Of a stretch of DNA of 64,000 bases, positions 1-22,545 are shown one piece after another. Under the pieces are notes generated by a model. It saw only the letters and a list, made by a program, of their open reading frames with translations, had not been told where the DNA came from and searched no databases. The stretch spans positions 434,001-498,000 of the forward strand of contig MCFH01000021.1 of assembly GCA_002104945.1 (NCBI GenBank), in the 5' to 3' direction. This stretch comes from Piromyces finnis finn. Its lineage: Eukaryota; Fungi; Neocallimastigomycota. Positions within the stretch are counted from its first letter, which is position 1. Each line of letters starts with the position of its first letter. Position numbers and translations under genes: made by a program.

Positions 1-577
1 TTCAGACATTTGTAAATGTTCATTAATATTTTTGGATAATTGATCAATATCTTCATTCAATTTATCAACTTCTTCTTGATTCATAGATGGTTTCTCTTTA
101 CCACTTTGACTAATATAAATGGTTTTGTGTGGATCATTATCTATATTAATTTATTTAAAATATATTAATTAAATCTAAATATCATCTTATTCTTTATGGT
201 ATCTAATAAAATAAATAATCTACTTAATAATAATTGAAAATATAATTAAACTTCTATATTTTATCTATTTACTATTAGAAGTATTAGTTGCGTTGGGAAC
301 TATATTATTAGTTGAAGCATCTTTATGTAATTCAGAGCCAATGGTAACACTACTTGTATTTCTACTATTTTGTTGGCTTTGTGGTCTTAATGGGTTATAA
401 CCTGGTCTTAACGGATTATAATTTAATTTCTTTTTTGGTTCGGTACTTATTTTATTAGCTATAATAAAATAATTAATATTTAGTAATAAATAATTATAAA
501 ATAATATATAATAAGTATTTCTTAAACACTTGTTAAAAAGTTTTCATTTTATTTATATTATTACCATCAGAACTCAT
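1..577 (-). CDS. Hypothetical protein, 5' part only (continues beyond window start)
   Basis: ATG at 577. GT-AG splicing (ATGAGTTCTGATG|gtaat...tatag|CTAATAAA; second intron ~262-147) gives an open frame MSSDANKISTEPKKKLNYNPLRPGYNPLRPQSQQN...DPHKTIYISQSGKEKPSMNQEEVDKLNEDIDQLSKNINEHLQMSE. No family recognised. Confidence 0.6.
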
Positions 578-1594
578 TTTAATATTCAATAATTCAATTG
601 ACTACTTTTATTTAAAAAATATTGAAGAAAATAAATCCATTAAAAAAAATTATGCTTATATATATATATTTATTATATTATTAATTTAAGTTAATATTTT
701 TTACATTCAAAAAAAAAAATTATAAAGTTTTTTTTTAATGATGTTCCATTAAATATAAAAAATTTTCAAAATCTTATTATAATTAAATTTGAAATAATAT
801 ATTAATGTTATAAATGTTATAAATATAAATTAGATTACAACAATAATTTTAATGAATTAAATATAATTGTAATTTAAATAGATTTTATAAAAATTTAAAA
901 ATATATAATAGAATTTAAATAATTTTAAATTCAAAAAAAAAAAAAAAAAAAAAAAAAAATATTTGTATAACTATATGTGGTTTACAAATATAAATATTAT
1001 TCTCATTAATAATAATAATAAATACGATTATAATATTGTTATATTATTGGTAACAAAAAAAAAGTCTAAAAAAATATAGATACAAATATTTTAAGAAAAA
1101 TGGTTTTTGAAAATATATATATTTTGTTGGGTGTGATGTTGTAATTTTTGTTGACATTGATATTTCTTTGAATTAATGATGTTTATTAAAAAATTTTACT
1201 TATTTATTTATTTAGAATGAAATGTTTTTTATGAATTATTTATATATGGTATAAAAAAGTTTAGATTTTACAAGATAATGAAGTTTTAAAGCTTAAAGGA
1301 AACTTTATAGTATAAAAATATAAAATGTTTTAGAATATAAATTTGTATCTTAAAAAATAATAAATTGAGATATTATTTTTAATTATTAAATGTTTGTTTG
1401 TTTGTTTTTTTTTAATATTATTACTAATTGTTAATTAATATCTATAGCAATTTTCGAATGTTTTTATTTTTGAATTACCAGCTGTAAAATGAAGATTCAT
1501 TTTTTATAATTTAAATTAAAAATAAAAATTATAATTATTTAGTGTTAAATATTATGTAATATATAATATATATGAAACATAAATGTAATAAAAC

Positions 1595-4500
1595 TTACTC
1601 AAAGCGAAAACGTTCAATTAATTTAGTACTATCTTTCATATCTTTTTGAATCTTTTTCCGCATATAGAAAATAGGACAATCTTTACTGGTACAAATAATA
1701 TCTTGATGTAAACTGCCTTGGCATCTTTGACATTGAGTCCATAATCGAGAATATTTTCTTTCTGATATATTAAATTGTATTACTTGACGTTGATAAAGTT
1801 CACCAAGTTTTGGTTTACAATGAGAACAAACTGCTCTTTCTCCCTTTTGTAAAACAGCTTTACAACCAAGACAAGTTTCTTTTTTTACAGCAAATTTCAT
1901 TAAACCACCGATTGTTGGTGCTGCTACAGAAATAACACGGGTATGATCACCAGAAAGTAAAGATTGAGCTTTTTCTCCTAATACAGGTTCAAAAATTCTC
2001 ATCAATGGTTTAGAAAGTTGATTATCAAGATAATACTTTGTATCAATAGGTATATTGTGTTCTAAAACATATAATGGATCTTCCGATTTTTCATAAGCAG
2101 CAGCATCTTTAGCTGCTTTAATAATAACATAAGCTACACGATCACCAAGGTTTGGTGCGGAACCAGGATCTCTTTTTCTCATTCTATCGGCCAATTCTTT
2201 ATGAGCTTGTTTACCATCATATTCAGCTTTTGATAATGCTTTTGTAATAACTAATTGAGACAAATCAATTTTATTTTGAAGAAGATCAGAAATAATTTGT
2301 TTAGCATAATCAATAGCAGCATCTACATTACGATCAATTAACATTTTTCTAAGACAAGTATCAATAACATTTTGAACAAGGCGACAGTTATCTCTTCTAA
2401 CTGTTTCAATACCTTTAGCATCCAATTTATCATATTTTTCTTTTCTGGTCCAAAAAAGACCAGCATATCTCTTTTTACTAATTAATAAATATGGGAAATA
2501 AACCTTTTCAAATTCTAGATTAATTGGTTTAATGAAGTGTTGTGTAACAAATTGAGCTGCTTCTTTACCTAATTCCATTGCCTCTTCTAATGAAGAGACA
2601 CCAAATCGAACCATAACAGAATCAGTATCACCATATATAACAGTTGCATCATGTGGAAACCCATTAGCAATTGAATAATGACTCTCAACTAAATGCTTAG
2701 TTTGCTCAATCATTTCTCTGCCATATGCGGTAGTACTTTGAGAAATTGGAATACAAGGTAAACGACCAATAGTAGCACCAGTAAACCCATATACTGAATT
2801 AGCACTAATCTTTAAAGCCAACTGTCTACCATTAAGAACACTTTTCTTAAATGGATCTGTTTCTTTTTTTAAATCAGCTTTAGCTTTTTTACGTGCATCA
2901 ATAAGATGTTTTAAAATAGAAGGAAGAAGACCCTTTCTATGTTTTTCCTTAACAAACATATCACCTGATGGGGTTACAATATAATCTTCATCTTTCTTTA
3001 AACCTAATCTTTCAACAGTTTGCTTATTCAATAGAGTAGTATAACACAAATTATGTGCCATCATAATTGAAGGATAAAGAGAATTGAAATCAAGAGTAGA
3101 AATTGGACAATCATAAAAACCTTTTTTAGGTTCAATAACAGTAGCACCAACATATTGTTCCTCAGCTACTTCTTGTTGCATAAACGGAATAATGAGATCT
3201 TGTTCGATTGCCTTACGATAAAGTTGAGAAATAACTTTAATTTGTTGACCACGTTGAAGCAAGAGATTAAATGGAACACCTGTAACACGAGCCATTTCAA
3301 TATAATTAATTAAACACATTAACTTATCTAATAATCTTTGAGGAAGCCATGCATCCTTTAAGCAGTAAATTGCAAGACGACGTCTTGTTTCAGAATTACC
3401 ATTTTGTAAATCTGTAATAATAGAATGATGTACATCTTCTTTCTGTTCGCCAAGGAAATGATTACATACTGAATTTAATGTGTATGATCTTAATTTATGT
3501 TCACGTTGCATCATTGGTAAAACATCAAAATCAATACGACCATCTAAATTTATACTTTTACTTTCTCTTGTTCCATATGCTCTAGATGAAAAACGACTAT
3601 CTTTAGCTTCAGTTTTACTATCTCTAATTCTACCAAGATACGGAAAACTATTGACTTTTAAAGTTGCAGCTCTATCTAATAAATATGGAAAATCGAAATT
3701 TAAAATATTATAACCAGTAACAACATCTGGATCAACTGTAACAAAAAATTTACTCCAAGCTTGTAATAAATCTTGTTCCTTATCAAATGAAAGAACATGC
3801 GAACCAATAATAGGAGAACAAGATTTTAATGTGAACACATTTTTAATTAAAGGTTTAGATTCACCTATATAAAATTTATTTATAAATAAGATTTTTATAA
3901 ATGTCATAATAAGTAATAATTGAATACTTAAACTAAGTTATATTATTCATATTAATAATAAAAATTACATTACATACCTTGAATTGTAACAACATTTGCA
4001 ATTTGAATAACAGAATCTTCTTTTGGATCAGGGAAAACACCAGGTCTACCTGAACATTCAATATCAAAACTTAGAATTCTTAATGGGGCAATTGAAGACC
4101 ATTCATTTTCAGTATCATGACTAATTAAATCTTCATAATTTATATCAATTTCTAATTGACAATTCGAATTACATTCTTTTTTTGGTCTAATTGTATACTT
4201 TTTAGGTGGGCATTCCAACCAATTAACACCAGTAACATTTCTATCAATCATAAATCTTAAATCATAATTCAGAGTACTATCAAAAGTATTAAATGCTCTT
4301 TCACCAAATCCATTAATATTTATACCTTGTTCAAGTCTTCTTTTGACACCTGATAATTGCTTTGGTAAATTTACTGTAATTTTAATAAATGGGGATTTTT
4401 GATTTCCATGAAAATTATATATAGACTCTCTTAAAACAATTTCAACCTTTTTAATGTCATTGTTAATACTTAATGCTTCTTTGAAATCTTTAAGATTACT

Positions 4501-4905
4501 CTCTTTAAAATTAACTGGTGCTGGTACATATAAATAATGATAAAAACCATGTACATGACAAATTACACTATTTCCCTTTTCTGTACATCCATAAAATCTG
4601 ATAACTGGTTCTAATTTTTTATTTGAACCCAATTCTGAATTAAAATCAATGTTTTCTACTTTAACATAATCATCAATTTCTATTTGTTGAAAAATCACAG
4701 AATCCTCGTCTGGATTTATTTTGGGAAGAGGTGGTCTATTCCAAAATGATACTGGATCTACAGCTGAATGAGATTCAGCTTCCATTTTCTGAAGTTGAAT
4801 TTCAAATGAGGAAGGTCCATCAGCTTTTAATTTTTTTGGACTTTGATAATTTAATTGTTCAACATGATGTTTTCTTTGATTTTCCTTTTTTATATTTTCA
4901 GTCAT
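1595..4905 (-). CDS. POL3: DNA polymerase delta catalytic subunit (family B), 2 exons (4905-3978, 3864-1595), ~1065 aa
   Basis: Exonuclease SFDIEC motif, polymerase motifs [20 protein letters not shown] and YGDTDS, C-terminal CysA (CLGC..CSHC) and CysB (CQRC..CTSKDC). The GT-AG intron 3977-3865 joins the two ORF-track ORFs in frame. Confidence 0.97.
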
Positions 4906-5478
4906 TTTTAATTTACATATACTTGTTAATTTTGAAGTTATTTAATAAGATTAAATAACGATTTAGATATATTAAAATTATATATTGATTCTTTTCTTTA
5001 TACAAAAATAAATTTTTATTATTAAAACACAAAATTATAATTTTATTTAACTATTAAGAAAAATATCAAATTATAATTAAAATCTAAGCTTCCACTTACA
5101 TAATTATAATGAGAAAGAAAATAATACAATATTTTTCTATAATAAAAGTTGTACAATAATTTTTTTTTTTTTTTTTTTAGAAACCTAAAATTTAAAAATA
5201 TATTAAAAAAATTAATAATTTTTAGCTTTTTTATTAATATGTTTTTAATAAAAACAATTTTAATAGATCTTTTGATGGCAAACTTTTAACATTAAAATAT
5301 ATTATATATATAAACTTAATTACATTACACAATTAGTACTAATAAAATGAAATAAATATAAAATAATTAAATATAAAAGAATAATATATAATTTTTTATT
5401 AATGTATTAATAATTTATTAATAAATGAAAAAATAATTTAAAATTCTATAATAGATTTATATAAAATAAAAACATATA

Positions 5479-11230
<5,752 letters not shown>

Positions 11231-12670
11231 ATTTGCTATGTAAAAGATTATAAAATTTTGAAAATTTAACAAAATTATTTCTCATATATTTTTTCATTAA
11301 GACATTAAATATTGAATTTAAAATTACATTATACTCATTAAAAACGAAATATATAAAAAGGATTTTTAATAAAAATATTTTATTTAAATAATAAATAATA
11401 AATTATTGGAATATTATATAATTATATAATGAAAAACTACTAATTCTCAATAAAACTTTATTTTTCTTATTTTTTTTTTTTTTTTATATATAAACAGATA
11501 GATAGGTATATTATTTTGAAATGTTTTTATTTTTTATTTTTTTTTTTATTTTTTTTTTTTTTTTTTTTGAGATTTAAATTATCTAAAGTTAATATTAATA
11601 TTAATAAAATAATTTATTTTATTATCATTATAAATTAAAGTTAATAATAATAAGGAACATTTATTGTATAATATATATATTTATGAAACTATAACATTAA
11701 TTTTATGATAAAAATGAAAAAAAAAATATATAACAATGGAGAATAAAAAAAAAAAAGCATAGTATATATAAACCTTTTATTCAATTTTTTATCATATATC
11801 TATTATCTATTATAAATATTAATAATAAAGCATTTAATCAATATTGTTAATTATAAAATGTTATATAAAATAATCATTATGTATATAGATATAAAGAAAG
11901 CAATTTTAAAATATATTTTTAATATTATAATTTTCATTTTACTTAAAAAAAGTTTTATAATTAAAAATGTTACTATATCATATATTTAATTTTAATATTA
12001 ATACATTCTTATTATTTTCTTTATAAAATTATTTTTCTACTATTATATTTAAACATTATGAATAAAATGTTTATTATTTTTTCTCTTACTGCTGTTATTC
12101 TGTTATTTATTGTATTCAATAAACTTTTCATCAATTTTGTAATTTTCAATAATAGTTATTATTATTACTAGTATTCAGTACTATTATTATTATTTATTTT
12201 TTTATTTATTTATTTTTTTATTTATTTTTTTATTATAGTTATATTATTTTTGCCAGTTATTTCTTTTTCATCTCATATTGTTAAAAAATTTAAATTATTA
12301 TTTATTATATAATTGTATACATTTATTATTTATAATACAATGAATATATTAAAAAAATATGATTTTGCTTAAATAAATAAATAATAATTATAACCTCTTT
12401 TGTTTTTTTTTTTTAGTTTTTTTTCATTTGTTTGTTTGTTTTGTTTTTTGTTTTTTATTATTATAGTTATATTTTTTATATTATTAGTATTATTATTATT
12501 AATATTAGTATTATTACAAGAACTATATTTTAAATGTGGTATTTGTTAAATGTAAGAAAAAAAAAAAGTATTACAATAACTAAATTAATCATTCTTAAAT
12601 ATTTTGAAAAAATATTTGATTTATTAATAAATATGATTCACGATATATTTAGTATATATAAATAGTAAAC

Positions 12671-15064
<2,394 letters not shown>

Positions 15065-17405
15065 TTTGAATACTATTAAATATTGTAAGTATTTAAAATT
15101 AGTTTTTATCCTTATCAAGATTATGTTAAAAATTAATTTTTTTTATTTTATATCTTATTTAGCCATTATAATACTAATGTTTGTATACTATTATATTGTT
15201 ATGACTTTATAGTTGTTTTAATACATATTTATATTTATATTGAAATGTAATTTCAACTTTACTTATTTATATTAAATATTATTATATTTATTTAATAGTA
15301 AATAATGAAAAGTACTAATGTACTAATAATAAATAGAAAAATCACTTATTCTAATAAAAAAAATATATAAATAAATACTTTATATATATTTATCAATATT
15401 ATCTTTGTTTTTTGTTTTTGTTTTTTTGTTTTGTTTTGTTTTCCTTTTTCTAACTTTACTTTGTATGTTACTGTTTAAAAAAAAAAATATTTTTTTTTAT
15501 TTTATATTTTTTTTTATCTTTTTTATTTTACATTAAATAATTAAAATGTTTTTTTATTATTAATTAATAAAATTTTACAAATATTAAAAAAATAGAATAA
15601 AAAAAAAGAAAAAATTTTATTTATTAAAATTTTAATTGTATTCTATATATTATTAATATATATTATATACAATTGTATTTTTAAATTAAATTTTTTATAA
15701 TTAAAAAATATTAAAAAATTTAAAATAATTAGAAAAACAATAAATCTTTTTTTTTGAATATTCAATAAATAAATGTGTTAGAAACTTTATTTTATTGCTA
15801 TATAAAATGAAATGAAAACTATTATAACATTATTTTAAATTATATATTTAAAATGTTGGATTTATAAACTCCCTTGTTATTTTTGTAAATGAATTTTTTT
15901 ATTATTTTGTATAAAACATCATAATAATATTCATAAAAAAGAAATTAAAATGATTTAAACATTTTTTTGTACTTTCTTATTGTAAATAAACATTTATGCT
16001 GATAATAAATTAAAGTAGTTTTATTAAGTTACTAATAAATAACTGATTTATATATTTATAAACCTTAGATACATATAAATTATATTTTAATTATCGAATT
16101 ATTTAATATTTGACACTTTTAAAACTATGATAATAAGAATATTTTTTTAAAGGTAAAATATTAAAAAAGATGAAATATCTAGTAATACAAATAAAAGAGA
16201 ATAATAAATTATATATGTTAAAGGTTAGGTATTTAAAAATTCGATAAATTTTCATAATATATTGAATTATATTTCAATATATATAAAGTAATACTAATTT
16301 ATTATATTTATATCATCATTTTTTTTAAATATATTGAAGTTGTTACAATTAAAGGTTAAAGGAAACATATAATACAATAGTCTTTGAAATTATAAAAAAA
16401 GAGATTAGAATAATAATAAAGTATACAATAAATATATTATAAATTATATATGGTAATAATTAGAAAGTATATTTTATATAAAATTCAAAAGTTAAAACAT
16501 AGATTAATGTTTAAATTGTAGATGATAGAAAAGAAATGAATATAAATATTTTTTAACAAACAAACATAATGATTATATGATTTTAACGGAAATATATAAA
16601 ATGAACAGTTGAATGTTTTAACAATCTTTTGAATTACATTTTATTTATTCAATTCATTATTTTGGAATATAATTAAACACTTTGATAACTATTTTAGATC
16701 TTTATTTTTTTCATCCTTTTTTTTTTTATTATATTTTTATATTAAAATTTAATAAATAAATAAAAAAAAAAGTAAAACTACAACAACAATAACGATAATA
16801 ATAAAAAGAAGATAAAAAGTAAATAATTGATATTTTAAATATTAAAATAATCAATCTATTATATTTAAAAAACAAATTTATTTAAATATATTTTAAATAA
16901 GAATATAAAGAGGCTTAAGTCATAATAATATATATTAAATATAATTATATTTATAAAAGACAATTTAATCAATAGATAACTGTGGAAATTTTATAAATAA
17001 AAACAATCATTGAAATTTTATACTTGTGTAATTAGGAATGAAAATTATCGTAATATTAAGATTTTTTACAATAACACTTTATTTAAAGTTTAAAATTAAA
17101 TTAATCGATTTCATCAACATAATATAATATAACGAATAATTATTACATTAAGCTTTTTATAATTTTTAATAAATTTATAAATAATAAAAATTAACCAATT
17201 TTATTATTATAAACTATGCAGTTTTATCATTTTAAAATAAAATATTAGAAAAGGATAATTATAAAGGTAAAACATTTTTATTTATTTTGAAAAAGATTTG
17301 ATAAAATTTTATTAAGATGCTAATTTACTTTTTCTATTATTTCTATTTTCAATTTCTTTAAAATTATAAATATCTTTTTAAGTAAGACCAAGCAGCATTA
17401 TACCC

Positions 17406-19908
17406 ATGAGTTCCAAAGTATTTTACTTTATAGTTTTAATAAAAGAATTTGAAATTTAAAATTTAAAAATCTTAAGATACTAATTTTTTTAATTAAAAAT
17501 TTAAAAGACAAATGAAACGCAAGATTTTTTAAAAAAATCACCAAGCGTTGTTAGAGATCAAATAAAATATTGTAACACTATGCTCAAGGCCTTAAAACGT
17601 CATCCAGATTCTGGTCCTTTTCTTCATCCAGTAGATCCAGTAGCACTAAATGTTCCTGATTATTTTGATATTATTAAAAATCCTATGGACTTAACCACAT
17701 TACAATCAAATTTAAATAATGGAAAATATGTTGATAATCCTAATAATTTTATATCAGATACTAGATTAATTTTTACAAATTGTTATACATATAATGGAAT
17801 AAATTCACAGATATCAGAGATGGCTAAAGCATTAGAAAAAGTTTTTGAAAATATGTTAAAAAAGATGCCACAGGAGGTAGTAAAATTTTATTATTATTAT
17901 TATTATTGTCATTGATGTTGCCGTTGTTATTTAAATATATTCATCCTTATCGTATAATTATAATTATTTTAAATTAAAGGGTGATCATTCTTCTTATGGT
18001 TCAAAGACAAAAGCGAACCATTCAAATATATCTAAAAAACATCCAAAAAAGGTTACATTAAAGGGTGATTTAAAATTTTGTAAAGAAGCTATAAATGAAA
18101 TGCTAAAAAAAAAATATTCAAATATAAATATTCCATTTCTTCAACCTGTTGATCCAATAGCACTTGGTGTACCTGATTATTATACAGTCATCACAAATCC
18201 TATGGATTTATCGACCTTAAGAAAAAAACTAGAAAATGGAGAATATGAAAGTGCTGACCAATTTGAGACTGACTGTCGTCTTATTTTTTCAAATTGTTAT
18301 ATTTATAATCATCCAGATTCTGAAGTATATAAAATGGGTCAGAGACTTGAAGAAGTATTTAATAACAAATGGAAACACAGGCCATTATCTAAAGAACTTC
18401 CTGCACCAGGTATATTTAAATAAAATTAAATAAATAAATAAATGAAATGATACAAAATACTTTAGATTACATATTTATGTTCATTTTTAAACTTTAATGT
18501 AGTTTTAAATAATATATATCAAATATTAATTATCATTGCTAATTATGATAATAACTTAACTTTTTTATAGAGAAAAAAACTAATAAAAAAAATGAGGATA
18601 TATTGCTTGATAACCATAATGTAATTGAACATTCTTCATTGAGACAAACAACAACAATTAAAGTAGAAACAAATGAGTATTCATCAGAGTCTGATTTTTC
18701 TGAAGATATAGAAAAGCAACAAAATAGAGAAATAGAGCCAGAGAATGTACCTATGAAAGAAGAACCAGAAGGAGATGAATTCCTTGAATATAATGATGCG
18801 GAGGAAGAAGAAGATGATGAAGATGAAGATGATGATGATAAGAATGTTGATACAGGTAATAATAATAAATTATTTTTATTGTATTGATAAATAAATTTAT
18901 TTCTAAATAAAATATAATAATTTTAGAAAATTTGAAACGTGAAATTAATCAACTTCAAAAAACACTTCAAATATGTACTGAAAGATTATCGTTATTGTTA
19001 GAAAAGAAATCACAAGCTGTAGCTCGAAAAGCAAAGAAAGAAAAAAAATTAAAATTAGCAGGAAAACTAAATAAGATGCCGAAACAAAAAATACCAAAAT
19101 TAAAAACATCAAAAGTATTAAAACCATCAAATGTTACAAAACCAAAATCAAAAGATGATAAAGATATTCAAGATGTATTTGAAGAAGAGAATGATGTATA
19201 TAGTTTGAGTAAGACTCCATCACCGAAGAAAGATGAAACTAAGCTAAAACATCTTAAGCAATCAAAATCTAAATTGAAAAGGAAAAATGAAATTGGTGAT
19301 AGTGATTCCGAGGTTAATGTTAATAAGATACCTGTTATTACAATGGAACAAAAGAAAGAATTAAGTGAAAGTATAAATAATTTACCACCAGAGAAATTAG
19401 GAGAAGTAGTACAAATTATACAAGAATCTATGTCACTGGTATATATTATGAACCTTTAATTCTTATTATTTTATTTATTTAATTTATTTTTTTTTATTTT
19501 TTTTCACTTTAATAATACATTGTTTTTTATTCTACTAAAAAAAAAGGAAACTGGACAAGAGGAAATTGAATTAGATATTGATTCTTTTGATCCTACAACA
19601 TTATATAGATTATATCGTATTGTTGTTGATAATAAATCTGACATTCCTGTTTCAAAAAGAAGAAAAATACAGAAATCATATTCAAAACAAAAAAATAAAA
19701 GTAGCAAACAATGTTAGTTCACATTAACATTAAGTTTAATTAAATATTAATAATAATAATGAAATATTAATTTTTTTTTTATTACCAATTATAAATAAAA
19801 TTTAATTTTTATTAATTAGCAAATTCAAACATGGATGATGTATCATCAAGTAGTTCATTATCGGATACAGATTCAGATTCAGATGATACAGGTAGCAGTA
19901 GTAATTAA
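17406..19908 (+). CDS. BDF1: BET-family protein: two bromodomains plus ET domain, ~7 exons
   Basis: BD1 PFLHPVDPVALNVPDYFDIIKNPMDL...CYTYN; BD2 PFLQPVDPIALGVPDYYTVITNPMDL...CYIYN; ET domain ITMEQKKELSESINNLPPEKLGEVVQII..EIELDIDSFDPTTLYRLY; Ser/Asp-rich tail. The start exon (ATGAGTTCCAAA|gt) is less certain. Confidence 0.92.
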
Positions 19909-20226
19909 TCATAAATTAGAATGTGTTTTTGGATTAGATTTTAATTATTTATAGATAAAAATAATGATTATCCTATCATCTTTCATTGGATAATGTAATT
20001 GTTTTATTTAACTTCATATAATAATAACATATAATTATTATATTAGTAACATAGTAACAATAACAATAATAATAACAATAATAATAACAATAATATCAAT
20101 AATAATAATAATATATTATTTCAAAAATACCAAATAATAAATAGTTATTTCAAACAAAAATTAAATGAAAATTCAAAAATCGTTTATTCTTTTATATATA
20201 AATAAATTATATTTTCTTTAAAGTTT

Positions 20227-20297
20227 AAAAAAAAAAAAAGAGAGAGAGAAAGAGAGAAAAAAGGTGAGAACTTTATATTATCATTTATTTCAGAAAT

Positions 20298-20337
<40 letters not shown>

Positions 20338-20396
20338 CTTAACAGGTATATTATAGTATAAAGTTTTTACCTTTCTCTCTCTTTTTTTCTCTCTCT

Positions 20397-20427
<31 letters not shown>
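20227..20427. repeat. Imperfect inverted repeat (foldback) with (A)n(GA)n arms
   Basis: Arm 1 (20227-20277) ends AAGGTGAGAACTTTATA. The reverse complement of arm 2 (20357-20427) ends AAGGTAAAAACTTTATA. Both are preceded by (A)n(GA)n. The ~80-nt spacer contains a long poly-A. Confidence 0.7.
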
Positions 20428-20543
20428 GCACTTTTTAATATAAATATCAACAATGATAATTGTTATTGTCACCAATGTTATTATTATAATAATTATAATA
20501 TAAAAATAGTATTTAGTTATAAAGATATAATATCTTCTTGATA

Positions 20544-20574
<31 letters not shown>

Positions 20575-20713
20575 TAATTTTATTTTTATATATTGTGTGT
20601 ATTTTATATTTATAGTTTATGTTAACAATAAATGCTAATTGTTAATATATTGTAATAATTTACATATTGACATACAAAATATATATTAATGATTAATTAA
20701 ATTTTATTTATAT

Positions 20714-21091
20714 ATGTTTAAAGAAAATGACAATCAAAAGGTAATAATTTATACCTAAATATAAATTAAAGTCTTTTTATTATTTATTTATTTATTATTA
20801 TTTAAATGGCAAAATATTAATTTTTAATATTTTTAAATTAAATATATATCATGATGAGTAGGATTTAAAAAAAATAAATGACACTATAATGGAAACTGAG
20901 GATCAAATAATGGATGTAGAAAATGAAGAGAAATCAGAAATAAAACACAAATTAAAAAAGGCAAGTGAAACATCAAAAGAAGATACTCAAGTATTAAAAA
21001 TGCCAAAAGAAGTTAAAGAATTAAAACCGTCTTATAAACCAAGTAAATAAATTTGAATAATGCTTTTTATCATTAAAAATTCAATATCTTC

Positions 21092-21125
<34 letters not shown>

Positions 21126-22009
21126 TTATTAAATTTTATTATTTATATATTATTACTACTATTACTGCTGCTGTTAATATTACTACTAATATTACCACTA
21201 ATGCTACTACCAATAATAATAAAAGGTACACCATTAGCAAAAAACTCTCAAAAATCAGCATCAATAATAAATAAGACACCTTCATTACACAAATCAAATA
21301 GTTCAAATAATAAGATAAAATCAACTACAGATGTCAATATTCAATCTCAACTTGAAAATACTTCAAAAATTGAAGATATTAGTGAATATATTGATAATTA
21401 TGTTGCTGCTGCAAAGGTAATGTATATTAAGTACACTAGTTATTATAATTATTATTATTATAATTAATTTTTTTGTTTTGTTTTGCTTTATTTTGTTTTA
21501 TTTGTTATTTATATAAATATATAATATACAAAATAAAGAATGATAAAAAACAAAAGGAAATAGAAAATTCACAAAGGGAACGTAATCATGACTGGAGACG
21601 AAGGTAAAAACTTTTAATAAATGTTTTTATAGATGAAAAACATAAAATAATTTTTTTCATATAAAATCTACAACTATTATATAGTAAACTAAGTGAGCAT
21701 CAATCTTGGAATGAAAAGGACTTAAAGGTTACACCAGAAATGGAGGAAAAAAGAAGAAAATATTTAGAAAGCTTAGACCAACCAGTTGTAAATATTTTAT
21801 AACAATAATAAATAATATAAAATCAAAATTATTTGAAGAGTTATATTAAGTACTAATTTAAATGATATTTAATATTATAGGATGAAAAAATGAAATGGGA
21901 ACATAATAAGACGTTAATGCAAAGCTTTTGCAGAGAAAGTGACCAATATTCGTTAGATAACCCAGTTAGAATTAGAACACAATTAGATAAAATTAAAAAC
22001 TCAAATTTA
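20714..22009 (+). CDS. Hypothetical protein, ~6 exons, charged N-terminus and predicted helical C-terminus
   Basis: Consistent GT-AG chain: MFKENDNQK|DLKKINDTIMETEDQ...|STPLAKNSQ..NYVAAAK|NDKKQKE..ERNHDWRRS|KLSEHQSWNEKDL..DQPV|DEKMKWEHNKTLMQSFCRESDQYSLDNPVRIRTQLDKLKTQI*. Confidence 0.7.
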
Positions 22010-22545
22010 GACAATTTCCCATGGGATTCTGAAGAACAATAATTTTTTTTTTTTTAAATATTGCATTTAATATATATATTTAATGTTTATTATTATTTTT
22101 GAATATAAATAAAAATTAAAAAAAAAAAAAAAAAAGAAAAAATTAGAAATCAATCACTAATAAATAATTGTAGAACAATAAATCAAGATAAATTTTAAAT
22201 AATGTATTTTATATTTTTTTTCTTCTTTGAATATAGATCTTTTATTTGTTTTCCAAAGTGTGTATTTTTAATGTATTTTTAATTCAAAACAAAATAAAGA
22301 TTTATTAAATGTAAATAATATGTATATTTTCCTAAACTCTATTTTTTTATATTTAACTTAAAATAATATAATTAACAATCCACGTGATATCACTTTATAA
22401 ATATATGGTATATATATATATATTTTTTTTTATAGCATTGTACAATGAATTTTTAATATAATTAAATAATTAAAATGTAATATTTTTTTTTTCTTTATCT
22501 CTTAATTTTATTTTAATAGACTTATAGATAATTAATCATACAAAA

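Noticed and set aside
5274-5282. GATGGCAAA resembling the Rpn4/PACE element
   Set aside because: One mismatch to the consensus, and it lies upstream of POL3 rather than the proteasome gene.
22381-22386. CACGTG E-box upstream of the HP1-like gene
   Set aside because: A single hexamer with no supporting context; it cannot be called functional from sequence alone.
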